The translations under genes and the position numbers were made by a program. From IMG/VR virus record IMGVR_UViG_3300047369_000650, positions 1 through 64,000 of that record: a stretch of DNA of 64,000 bases, one strand, 5' to 3'. Of this stretch, positions 37,355 to 47,182 are shown piece after piece; positions within the stretch are counted from its first letter, which is position 1, and each line of letters opens with the position of its first letter. The stretch is from a virus. Below the pieces are notes generated by a model. That model was not told the DNA's origin. It worked only from the letters and a program-made list of their open reading frames with translations, and did no database searches.

Positions 37355-38902
37355 ATGTCTGAAGATAGAAATAATTTATCACTTAGAGCAGACTATGTAA
37401 GGGATATTCTCCCGGAGTATTTTACTGCAGATTATCCTAATCTTATTCAGTTTTTAGAAACTTACTATGATGCTTTAGATAGTGATGGAAATTTCGGTAA
37501 TACTATAAAAGACTTATATGAAATAAGAGATATAGGAAAAACAGATTTAAAATATCTTGATAATTTATTTGGCGAAATAGGTCTCAGTTTATCTTCGGAG
37601 TTTGTTTCTAATCCAAGAGAAATATTAAAAAATTTAGCCAAGTTTTTTAGAGTAAAAGGTTCTCTTTATTCTGCTGAAGGTTTCTTTAGAGGATTTTTTG
37701 ATGCATCAGCAGAAGTTGAATACCCAAAAGATAAAATTTTTACTTTAGATGATCCATTATCAATACTTGGACCTAAATCATCTAAGAAGATGCAAGATGG
37801 AAGATTACATCAGGTATTATCTCATCTTATAAAGACTACAGTACCATTAAAAGACTGGGAACAATTATATAAAAAGTTTGTACATCCTGCTGGATTTTAT
37901 TTACATGCTGAAGCACAGCTTTATACTAATCCAATATATAAGCCTGTTGGTATTCTTTCAGATGCAACTCCACTAAATTTAAGAATTGAAACTGATAGTG
38001 CTTTACCGAAGTTGGCTATAGATACTCGTATTATTAGTAAAACTGATATGGGAAATAGTGACATTCTTATTATGGATGGCCATAAAGAATATGTTTGTGG
38101 ATCAAATACTAGAAGATTTCAATATGCAAATATACTAGACTATGCTGATAGTGAAGGGTGGTTTATTGAAGATAGTTATGGTAGAGCATTAGAAGGTCCG
38201 GGTCTTTCTGTTAAAAATTCTGTAGATGCTGGATTGTATAGTAATAAAGAAATACATGTTGCTGCTATTGATTTATCACCAACACTTAAAAGTGAAGATA
38301 TTAATTATCAACCAAGCCTTACGGAAGTACCAGGGGAGCCATATACTATATTTGAAGCTTCTCCGGCAACAATTAAAACATTAAATACACAAACACCAAG
38401 TACATCATCAACTTTAATTCAAATAAATATTCCTTCAGAATTAAATAAAACTCTTGCTCAAATTACAAGAGGCGATAGTAAAACATATATTTCAAGAATG
38501 TATTTAACGGGCAATTATTCGTCTACAAAGCTTGATATAGCTTTGCCTGGTTTAGGGGATTCTTTTGGTGGAGATTATTTCTGTATTGGTGGAGGCACAG
38601 ATGCTGCTAATCATTCTACTGCAGTTGTATCAGCCTCAGCTCCAGTATTAAGAGTTGATGATATTCTTGATTCATATGGTATATTAAATATAAACATTAA
38701 AAAGACCGGATCTGGTTCTATTGGTGTAAAATTTAACCTTTCGCATAAATTTAACAGTATATATGAGTGGATTAAGTATGATTCTAATGCAGTTTTTGAT
38801 ATAAATAGTTTTAATTATGGTGACAACCAAAGTATGAGAAATGTGACTATTCAAGAATTAAGAAACAAGAATATGTTATATTTAAAAGATGCAATAATTT
38901 AA
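37355..38902 (+). CDS. gp7: Baseplate wedge initiator (gp7-like, short)
   Basis: LPEYF..DYP.LIQFLE.YY, FFRVKGS, KKFVHPAG; between gp6 and gp8. Confidence 0.7.
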   Translation: MSEDRNNLSLRADYVRDILPEYFTADYPNLIQFLETYYDALDSDGNFGNTIKDLYEIRDIGKTDLKYLDNLFGEIGLSLSSEFVSNPREILKNLAKFFRVKGSLYSAEGFFRGFFDASAEVEYPKDKIFTLDDPLSILGPKSSKKMQDGRLHQVLSHLIKTTVPLKDWEQLYKKFVHPAGFYLHAEAQLYTNPIYKPVGILSDATPLNLRIETDSALPKLAIDTRIISKTDMGNSDILIMDGHKEYVCGSNTRRFQYANILDYADSEGWFIEDSYGRALEGPGLSVKNSVDAGLYSNKEIHVAAIDLSPTLKSEDINYQPSLTEVPGEPYTIFEASPATIKTLNTQTPSTSSTLIQINIPSELNKTLAQITRGDSKTYISRMYLTGNYSSTKLDIALPGLGDSFGGDYFCIGGGTDAANHSTAVVSASAPVLRVDDILDSYGILNINIKKTGSGSIGVKFNLSHKFNSIYEWIKYDSNAVFDINSFNYGDNQSMRNVTIQELRNKNMLYLKDAII

Positions 38903-38912
38903 TAGGTAGAGC

Positions 38913-40280
38913 ATGTCGACAATTGTAACACAAAACTTTAAAAAGGAACTCATGATTGGGACCATTCGTAGTATTAATAACACTACGGAGAACTATTATA
39001 TTGGCGTGTCTCGGTCTAATTCATGGAATGCTGCAGATTCAGCACCAGCAGCTAAAGACAATGTTAGGATTCAAAATGAATTCCGAAACGGTCTTCAATC
39101 TATTCATAGAGTTGCAGCTGCTGCATTAGTTGTTCCTCGTAAATCTTGGACTACTGGATCCACGTATGTTGCATATGATGATAAAAAAGATTTAACCGAC
39201 TATGGTTCAGACTTTTTCTATGTTGCAAATAATAATCATGATGTTTATATTTGTTTAAGACAGGGAACAGATGCAACTGGCTCAGCGGTAGCTTCGACGG
39301 TTCAACCTACAGGTTCTAATAATGATCCATTTGAAACATCTGATGGATATGTTTGGAAATTTCTTTATACTATTAGTGCATTAGATGCTACTTTATTCAT
39401 GACTAACGATCATATGCCTATTGATCGTATTTTAGCCACAGATTCAAATTCTACTGGTAATGAAATAAAACAGTATGAAGTTCAGAGTGCTGCAAAGCCC
39501 GGGATGATCACATCATTTGAAGTAACAGCAGGTGGTTCTGGTTATACCAATCCATCAGTTAATATTAATGGTGTTAATTATCCAACACTTGTTGATTTTA
39601 CTTTAGATTCTCCTTCAGGAACAATTGTAAAAGCAGAATATAATCCTGATTCCTCAGGCACTACTTTAAATTATGTTCACGGATTAAGAGGAGCACAAAT
39701 CACTCTTACTGATTCTAATGGAACAAATGGCGAAGTGAGAGCTGTTATGTCCAGTGGATTAGGTATTGGTGGAGATGCATCTTCTGATCTTAAGTGTGGT
39801 TCTATGATGATTGGTGTAAGAGTTGATGGTAATACATCTGACTGGCTACTTAATCAAGATTATAGACAAATCGGTATTATTAGAGGAATTAAAGATTCTG
39901 CTCAAGGTACTCAGTGGAATAATCTTACTGGGGGTGCTTTACAATCTATGACTCTTGCGACACAAACAGTTGCATTTACAACAGATGAAGTTATTGTTGG
40001 TGCTACAAGTGGTGCAAAAGCATACGTTGATCAAACTAATGGTAATACAATTCTATTCCATCAAAATGATTCAACTGGTTATGTTGGATTTGTAGCAAGC
40101 GAAACTTTAACAGAAATGAGTGGACCAGGACAGGGTACTGTAGGCAATCCACTTATAGCATCAGAAGTTGACCCATTTACAGGTGAAATATTGTATATAG
40201 ATAATAGGTCTGCAGTAACTAGAGTTGCTAATCAGACAGAAGATATTAAAATAGTTATTCAATTGGATGAGTGTTCATGA
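38913..40280 (+). CDS. gp8: Baseplate wedge protein
   Basis: YIGVSR, VYICL, DGYVWKFLYTI, GEILYIDNR...QTEDIKIVI. Confidence 0.9.
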   Translation: MSTIVTQNFKKELMIGTIRSINNTTENYYIGVSRSNSWNAADSAPAAKDNVRIQNEFRNGLQSIHRVAAAALVVPRKSWTTGSTYVAYDDKKDLTDYGSDFFYVANNNHDVYICLRQGTDATGSAVASTVQPTGSNNDPFETSDGYVWKFLYTISALDATLFMTNDHMPIDRILATDSNSTGNEIKQYEVQSAAKPGMITSFEVTAGGSGYTNPSVNINGVNYPTLVDFTLDSPSGTIVKAEYNPDSSGTTLNYVHGLRGAQITLTDSNGTNGEVRAVMSSGLGIGGDASSDLKCGSMMIGVRVDGNTSDWLLNQDYRQIGIIRGIKDSAQGTQWNNLTGGALQSMTLATQTVAFTTDEVIVGATSGAKAYVDQTNGNTILFHQNDSTGYVGFVASETLTEMSGPGQGTVGNPLIASEVDPFTGEILYIDNRSAVTRVANQTEDIKIVIQLDECS

Positions 40281-43200
40281 CCGTAAACTATACTAAAAAT
40301 TTAGAAACCCAAGTTTATAAAGACGACTTTGATCCCGATAAAGGGTTCCATAAAGTATTATTTAAAAGCGGTAAAGCACTTCAAAGTAGAGAATTGAATC
40401 AACTTCAATCTATTATACAAGAAGAAATTAAAAGACTTGGTACTAATCTTTTTAAAGAAGGTGCTTCACTTGAGTCTGCTGCTCTTACCTTTAATAATCG
40501 TTATAGGTATATTAAACTTAATACTGACCCAACTGATGCTACAACTCCTGGTGTTTCTTTACCTACAAATGTTTCTAATTTTAAAGATAAAGTTTTTATT
40601 GGACAACTTTCTGGAATTTCTGTAAAAGTTATTGAAATAGTAGAAGCTGATGGATCAGATCCAGCAACAATTTATGTTCAATATCTTGATACTCTAAATG
40701 GAACATCTGGAACAGAACCTGCTTCTGTATCCCCAGGCGAAGAATTACTTGAAAAAGACGGTTCTGTGGTATTGGTTGTTCAAACAACTAACACTACTGC
40801 AGATCCAGCAACTGGTTATGGTTTTAGAATTTCTGCTGGTCCAGCTTCATTCTTTGCTGAAGGCCATTTTGTCCATGCACCAAAACAAAGTCTTATTGTT
40901 GCAAAGTATTTTTCAAATCCAACTGCTACTATCGGGTTTAAACTTACACAGGTAGTTACTACAGCAGATGATGACGAATCGTTATATGATAATCAAGGAG
41001 ATTTGCCGAACTATACGGCTCCTGGTGCGGATAGATATACAATTAATTTAGAATTAGTAAATAAGAATACTATTCAAGCTGATGAGACATTTATCTATTA
41101 CGCTAAAATTGAACACGGGTTCCTTGTTGAAGCAGTTACTGGATACGAGCAATATAATAAAATTAATGATATTATGGCCGTACGAACGAAAGAAGAGTCT
41201 GGTAATTATACTGTAAAACCATTTAGACTTTCTTGGGATGAACATTCATCAGATAACACAAAACTATCTTTAGGTGTAAGTAGCGGTACAGCGTATGTAA
41301 ATGGTTATAGAGTAAGTAAAGCATCTGCTAGTACTTTAGATATACCAAGATCAACTACTACTATAACACAAGAAAATAAAGGCATCTCTGGAACATATGG
41401 TAATTATATACTAGTTGAAGCTGGTTTCTTCGGCGTTCCTGATGTAAATATTTTTGAACGAGTAGATATCAGTGACGATACTACAGGAACTGCCCCTTTT
41501 GGTGTTAACGATAAAATTGGTTCTTTAAGAATTAGAGGTATAGATCCTGGAGAGCCAGGATCAAATACATTTAAGGTATATGTGTTTGATATTGAAATGA
41601 ACGCCGGTAAAATATTTAATAGAGATGCTAGGGCAATCGGTTTAGATAGTGGAGCTTGTAGTTGTGAAAGACAAGAAATGAGACTTGTCAGATCAAATAA
41701 TAAAGTTATAATATATGAAACTCAAGCAAATGAGCTGTTCTTTAAAATACCAGGCAATAGACCAAGCGCAGTTTCAGATGTTTCTATGACTCTTGCAAAA
41801 AGATATAGAGGTACTGCTGCAGCAAATGGCTCGATGACAATAACTGCTTCAGCAGGAGAAGTATTTACAGATACCGCTAATTGGATTATTTCAGACCCAG
41901 GCGGAGCAACAGCAGGACAATCTCCTACATATGCTGGAGTTGGTACATCAAGTGTTACTATTACGGGTTTAGTTAGTTCTAAAAATGGAGGTACAATTGC
42001 TACAGGCTTTGATCAATTTGAAGTATATGCTTATACATTTAAAGGAGCTTGTAATGTTGCCTCTAAAACAAAAGTAACAACTACAGCACTTGCTACTTTT
42101 AACCCAAGTACGGGTGTCGCACAGCTACCCTATACTGATGTAATAGGCGTAGAAGAAATTAGAATATTGGCTTCTAACGGAAATCTTGTTACAGATAAGT
42201 TTGAAGTAGATGGCGGTCAAAGAGATAATTCATACCAGAAAGGTTCTATTACCATTAAACCTGGTAGAACAGTTACTGGTAATTTCCAGAATACAACTCT
42301 TCAGCTATTTGTTAAATTCTCTTATTTTGCTCATGGTTCTGGTGACTTTTTTGGACCTAGTTCTTACTCAACAATTGATTATCAAGATATTCCTAATTAT
42401 CAATTAGCAAACGGCCGCTATGTGGATTTAAAAAATTATCTTGATTTTAGATCATCAAAAGGAAGTAGTGGTACATATTCGACCACTGATGCCGAAATAT
42501 TTATTTTACCAAGACAAGGCTCAACTATTGTAGCTGATGTTTCATATTATCAGCCAAGATATGATAAGTTAGTTTTAACACAACAGGGCGAATTTAAATA
42601 TATTAAAGGAACCCCATCTTTAAATCCTAAGTTTCCTTCAATTCCTGATGGTGCTATGGAACTTCATAGAATTAGATTAAATGCTGGAACATTTGGTCCT
42701 GATGATTTAACATTCTCAATGCTTGATAACAAACGCTATACAATGAGAGATATTGGAAAGCTAGAGAAAAAGATTGATGATCTTGCAGAAGTAACATCTC
42801 TTACACTATTAGAAATGGATACTGCAAATATTGATGTATTAGACGAAGATAATAGGAATAGAACAAAATCAGGATTTATGGCGGACAATTTTGAGAATCA
42901 ATATTTCTCAGATATTACACATCCAGGGTATTCAGCAGCTATTGATCCAAGAAATAAACTTATAAGACCAAGAGCAATTACAAATAACATTGGTCTTTAT
43001 TATGACTCAAATGCATCCACAAATACTATTATGAAAGGTGATAATGTATATACAACTTATAATACAACACCTTACATTGTTCAAGATATTGCATCATCGT
43101 CCATAAATGTCAATCCATATTTGAATTTATTTTACAATGGTGCTATGTCACTTTCCCCAGCATCTGATGACTGGTATGAAACTGATTATATCCCAGATAA

Positions 43201-45805
43201 AATTATTCCAGGTGGATCATTACTTAATACAGACTTGGCTCTTCAATGGGGTGATCATGAATGGAATTGGGGTGGCACTGATATTAATAATCTTAATGTT
43301 GGTGATGAACAATCTATTACTTCAGAGATTGCTAGAAATAATTGGAAAGAAAGAGTCGGATATCTTTGGAACAGAAAAACTACAACCGGAACAGATGTTA
43401 CAAGTGAAACCGTTGTTAATAGAGTTGTTGCTTCAGAAACAGTCAGAGAAGTTATTGATGATAGAGTTGTAGATGTTGCATTTATTCCGTTTATGAGGTC
43501 AAAGTTAGTGACTTTCCAAGCTGAAGGTCTTGCTCCTAATACTCAAGTATTTGCTTATTTTGATGGTAGGTCAGTTGCTAAATGGGTCAGACAAGAAGTA
43601 TTTAGTGGAGTTAATGTAACAAAGCAAACTGATGTAAGTAATCTTTATAAAGCTGCAACCGAATATCCTTTAACTGGTGGTAAGACAAAATTATATACTG
43701 ATGGCCAAGGTAAAATTCAAGGTGCATTCTTTATACCATCTTCTAATACAAGAACAGCAGGAACAACAAACTTTAGAACAGGTGATATTGAATTTACTTT
43801 ATTAGATATTACTGAGTTTAATAAAAAGAATGCAAGCTGTGCCGCTTCAGCAATCTTTAGTTCTACTGGTACTCTTACTACAAGACAGGAAGATGTTTTA
43901 TCTACACGTCTTCTTCACATTGTTGGAACAAGTACCACATCAACAGAAACAATTAATGTATCATCATCTGGCGGAGGCGGCGGAATAGATATTCTTGGTG
44001 CAGTTAATACTGTGGCTGGAGGTATTGCAACAGGAATCGGAGAGGTTCTTCAAGGAGATTTAATTGGCGGTGTTTCATCCGCTGTAGGTGGTGTGGCAAA
44101 TGCTGCTGGAGATTTAATTAGTGATACTGTAGATGTTGTTGGGGATGTATTTAACTTTGTAAAAGATATTTGTTTCTTTGATCCTATTGCACAGTCTTTC
44201 CTAGTCACAGAAGCAAATGGAGTATTCTTAACAGAAGTTGGTTTATTCTTCGCTAAGAAAGACACAAGTGAGCAACCGTTTCCAGTAACTATACAAATCA
44301 GACCTACCGTAAACGGACATCCATCTTCTGATCTTTCGCTTCCCGGATCTATTGTTACTATTCCAGCAAGTGATGTTGTTGTTTCAACAGATGCTTCAGC
44401 AGAAACAAAAGCAGTATTTAAAGAGCCAGTATATTTAAAACCATTTACCGAATATGCGATTGTAGTGATTTCTAATAGTGATGCATATGAAGCATATATT
44501 TCAAAAATGGGTGAGTTTAAATTAGGTTCTACAACCGAAAAAATTAATACTCAGCCATATCTTGGTTCGTTCTTTAAATCTCAAAACAATAGAACATGGG
44601 AACCAGATCAAATGTCTGATCTTAAGTTCACATTATATAAAGCTGAGTTTAATGCAAATCTTACAACTAAGGCAATATTTAAAAATGTTGCAGTTCCAAG
44701 AAAGATTCTTCAGAGTGATCCAGTAGAATTATTCTTTAAAGATAGTTCAGATTTCTCTGATGTATATATTAGAAGCCCTCTTCATGGTTTATATGCTGGA
44801 GACACTGTTAATTTAAATGGTATTATTGGAACACCAGTAGATAGTGATTTAAATAATAATCCATATACTGTTACTGAAGTTGATCCTACAGGATTTGTAA
44901 TTACAGTTCCAACTCTTACTTCGCCAGCTCCATATTATAATTCTGTAACTGGTGGTAATGCCGTAACTGTCGAACAAGCTTATAATTATAGTACAATTTG
45001 GCCATCTGTGCAATCAATCGAGCCGCCATCAACTAGATTAGATTATAATATTAAAATGGCAGCAGGTAAATCATATGCCGATAATAGTTCTAATGCTATT
45101 AATAATGCAGATATTTTAGATACCGTAGCTACAGTAGTTGCACCTAATCAAGATAATGAGCTTGGTATTATGAAAAGAGTATCACCTCCATCCAAGCTTG
45201 CAACATCTATGGTACTAGAAGCGGAAATGAAATCAAGTAATGTTTATGTAACACCAGTTATTGATCTTCAAAGAACATCAGCAACTCTTATTACAAATCT
45301 TATTGATAATCCAAGTAATGTTCAGAGTACAACACAGAATAGACCCATTGAATGGTCTCACGCTTTAGATAGTGATACCGTAAATGATATTATGGGCACG
45401 ACTAATTATACAGCTTACTACGATCCTCTATTTGGTGAAACAAGAGAGAATGGCCCTGCTTCTGCAAAACATATTACTAAGCCTGTGCGTCTAGCAGCTT
45501 CTGCTGTAGGACTAAAAATTATTATGGGTGCTAATAGACCATCTGATACATTTATTGATATGTATTATAGAGCATCAAAAGCTGATACACTTGTTGGAAC
45601 AACTTGGACAAGAATTGACTCAGAAAAACCAGTTCAAACCGATGACGATACAAGTATCTTTAGAGAGTATCGCTATTTAGTTGGCTCTGTTGATGGAACT
45701 AGTGATGAATTTACACAGTTTCAATTAAAAATTGTTCTAAGGTCTACTAACCAAATTAAAGTGCCTAAATTAAATGATTTAAGAGTGATTGCACTAGGAG
45801 ACTAG
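40277..45805 (+). CDS. Large virion structural protein (DUF4815/VrlC-like)
   Basis: YKDDFDPDKGFHKVLFK.G.ALQSRELNQLQ, GFMADNF, DPIAQSF. Confidence 0.85.
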   Translation: MTVNYTKNLETQVYKDDFDPDKGFHKVLFKSGKALQSRELNQLQSIIQEEIKRLGTNLFKEGASLESAALTFNNRYRYIKLNTDPTDATTPGVSLPTNVSNFKDKVFIGQLSGISVKVIEIVEADGSDPATIYVQYLDTLNGTSGTEPASVSPGEELLEKDGSVVLVVQTTNTTADPATGYGFRISAGPASFFAEGHFVHAPKQSLIVAKYFSNPTATIGFKLTQVVTTADDDESLYDNQGDLPNYTAPGADRYTINLELVNKNTIQADETFIYYAKIEHGFLVEAVTGYEQYNKINDIMAVRTKEESGNYTVKPFRLSWDEHSSDNTKLSLGVSSGTAYVNGYRVSKASASTLDIPRSTTTITQENKGISGTYGNYILVEAGFFGVPDVNIFERVDISDDTTGTAPFGVNDKIGSLRIRGIDPGEPGSNTFKVYVFDIEMNAGKIFNRDARAIGLDSGACSCERQEMRLVRSNNKVIIYETQANELFFKIPGNRPSAVSDVSMTLAKRYRGTAAANGSMTITASAGEVFTDTANWIISDPGGATAGQSPTYAGVGTSSVTITGLVSSKNGGTIATGFDQFEVYAYTFKGACNVASKTKVTTTALATFNPSTGVAQLPYTDVIGVEEIRILASNGNLVTDKFEVDGGQRDNSYQKGSITIKPGRTVTGNFQNTTLQLFVKFSYFAHGSGDFFGPSSYSTIDYQDIPNYQLANGRYVDLKNYLDFRSSKGSSGTYSTTDAEIFILPRQGSTIVADVSYYQPRYDKLVLTQQGEFKYIKGTPSLNPKFPSIPDGAMELHRIRLNAGTFGPDDLTFSMLDNKRYTMRDIGKLEKKIDDLAEVTSLTLLEMDTANIDVLDEDNRNRTKSGFMADNFENQYFSDITHPGYSAAIDPRNKLIRPRAITNNIGLYYDSNASTNTIMKGDNVYTTYNTTPYIVQDIASSSINVNPYLNLFYNGAMSLSPASDDWYETDYIPDKIIPGGSLLNTDLALQWGDHEWNWGGTDINNLNVGDEQSITSEIARNNWKERVGYLWNRKTTTGTDVTSETVVNRVVASETVREVIDDRVVDVAFIPFMRSKLVTFQAEGLAPNTQVFAYFDGRSVAKWVRQEVFSGVNVTKQTDVSNLYKAATEYPLTGGKTKLYTDGQGKIQGAFFIPSSNTRTAGTTNFRTGDIEFTLLDITEFNKKNASCAASAIFSSTGTLTTRQEDVLSTRLLHIVGTSTTSTETINVSSSGGGGGIDILGAVNTVAGGIATGIGEVLQGDLIGGVSSAVGGVANAAGDLISDTVDVVGDVFNFVKDICFFDPIAQSFLVTEANGVFLTEVGLFFAKKDTSEQPFPVTIQIRPTVNGHPSSDLSLPGSIVTIPASDVVVSTDASAETKAVFKEPVYLKPFTEYAIVVISNSDAYEAYISKMGEFKLGSTTEKINTQPYLGSFFKSQNNRTWEPDQMSDLKFTLYKAEFNANLTTKAIFKNVAVPRKILQSDPVELFFKDSSDFSDVYIRSPLHGLYAGDTVNLNGIIGTPVDSDLNNNPYTVTEVDPTGFVITVPTLTSPAPYYNSVTGGNAVTVEQAYNYSTIWPSVQSIEPPSTRLDYNIKMAAGKSYADNSSNAINNADILDTVATVVAPNQDNELGIMKRVSPPSKLATSMVLEAEMKSSNVYVTPVIDLQRTSATLITNLIDNPSNVQSTTQNRPIEWSHALDSDTVNDIMGTTNYTAYYDPLFGETRENGPASAKHITKPVRLAASAVGLKIIMGANRPSDTFIDMYYRASKADTLVGTTWTRIDSEKPVQTDDDTSIFREYRYLVGSVDGTSDEFTQFQLKIVLRSTNQIKVPKLNDLRVIALGD

Positions 45806-45806
45806 A

Positions 45807-46025
45807 TTGGAAGATTATAGATATGCTAAAGTGGAAAACTATCCCGGCTATAAAAGAGATTTAGAAACTGGAGCAATAGTAAATACAGATGAAGAAGCCT
45901 TAATTAGATCAAGGCAAATATTGAAAAAGAAAAGAAAAGAAAAACAGGAATTAGCAAAATTAAAAGATGATGTTGCAGAAATTAAAGAACTGCTTTCAAC
46001 ACTTTTAAATAAAATAGGTGATTAA
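45807..46025 (+). CDS. Small coiled-coil protein
   Basis: RDLETGAIVN...LKDDVAEIKELL. Confidence 0.7.
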   Translation: MEDYRYAKVENYPGYKRDLETGAIVNTDEEALIRSRQILKKKRKEKQELAKLKDDVAEIKELLSTLLNKIGD

Positions 46026-47173
46026 TGGCAAGGCAAATATATGTAGACCTAAGTAACTCCATTGAAGCATGGAGACAGAAGACCAACTTGATGGGAGACT
46101 ACATCGGCGATTTAGATAATCTTGCCGCACCAGCACCCTATGATTCAAGTATTGTTTCAGCATTTAATTATTTAGATGCTACTGTATTAGATTCATCTGA
46201 GACAAGAAATCTTATTTCACTTGTAACATCTGGACCTAATGCTCTTGCTTCTTTATCATATAATAATGCTAACGGAGAATTTACTTTTATTACAAACCCT
46301 CTTACACCTAGTTTAGTGCCAGCTCTTCCTGCGGGTAAAATAACATCAGGTTCTTTTAATCCAGCAAGAATTCCTAATTTATCTGCAACTAAAATTACTT
46401 CAGATAAATTGGGACTGGCTCATGTTCCGGATTTACCTGCAAGTATTATCACATCAGGAATTTTAGATTCTAATAGAATACCTAACACTCGTGGCTCAAA
46501 GATTATAAGCGAATTACCTTTAGAGCATATTCCACCACTACCTATTGATGCTATGCCTCTTGAACTTGATTCTTTAGGTTTTGGATTTCCAACTGATCTT
46601 TATGGTTCTAATCCAGATGGTCCAGTTCTTCTTACTAATTTACAAACAATAAGTGGCAATAAAACATTTACTGGTGGCATAACAATGTCATCTAATCTTA
46701 CAATTAACGACCATGTTTTATCCGCAAGTAATAATAGTTTTAACATTGGCGAAAATACTAATAGATTTGCTACCATGTATGCTACAACCTTTAATGGTGT
46801 TGCAACTTCTTCACTATATGCTGACCTTGCGGAAAAATATACAACTCGTGAAGAATTAATTCCAGGTACCGCTGTTGCTGTTTCAAACAGCGAAGAATAT
46901 GAAGTTAGAGAAGCAACTATGTCAGATTATTGTATTGGTGTAATCTCTACCGAGCCAGCACTTATGATGAATAGTGAAGCCGAAGGTCAATATGTTGGTC
47001 TAAAAGGTCGTGTTCCAGTAAGAGTAAAAGGTCCCGTTAATAAAGGTCAAGCCGTTCATGCACTAGAAGACGGTGTAAGTACAACTCTTAAAACGACTGC
47101 TTTGGTTGGTATTGCTCTTGAAACAAATTTAGCTCAAGAAGAAAAGCTAGTTGAATGTGTTCTTAAAGTGTAA
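46025..47173 (+). CDS. Fibre protein with C-terminal Peptidase_G2-like intramolecular chaperone
   Basis: WRQKTN N-terminus; YADLAEKY...IGVIST.P...VGLKGRVPVRV.G.V.KG. Confidence 0.75.
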   Translation: MARQIYVDLSNSIEAWRQKTNLMGDYIGDLDNLAAPAPYDSSIVSAFNYLDATVLDSSETRNLISLVTSGPNALASLSYNNANGEFTFITNPLTPSLVPALPAGKITSGSFNPARIPNLSATKITSDKLGLAHVPDLPASIITSGILDSNRIPNTRGSKIISELPLEHIPPLPIDAMPLELDSLGFGFPTDLYGSNPDGPVLLTNLQTISGNKTFTGGITMSSNLTINDHVLSASNNSFNIGENTNRFATMYATTFNGVATSSLYADLAEKYTTREELIPGTAVAVSNSEEYEVREATMSDYCIGVISTEPALMMNSEAEGQYVGLKGRVPVRVKGPVNKGQAVHALEDGVSTTLKTTALVGIALETNLAQEEKLVECVLKV

Positions 47174-47182
47174 GGATGTAAT

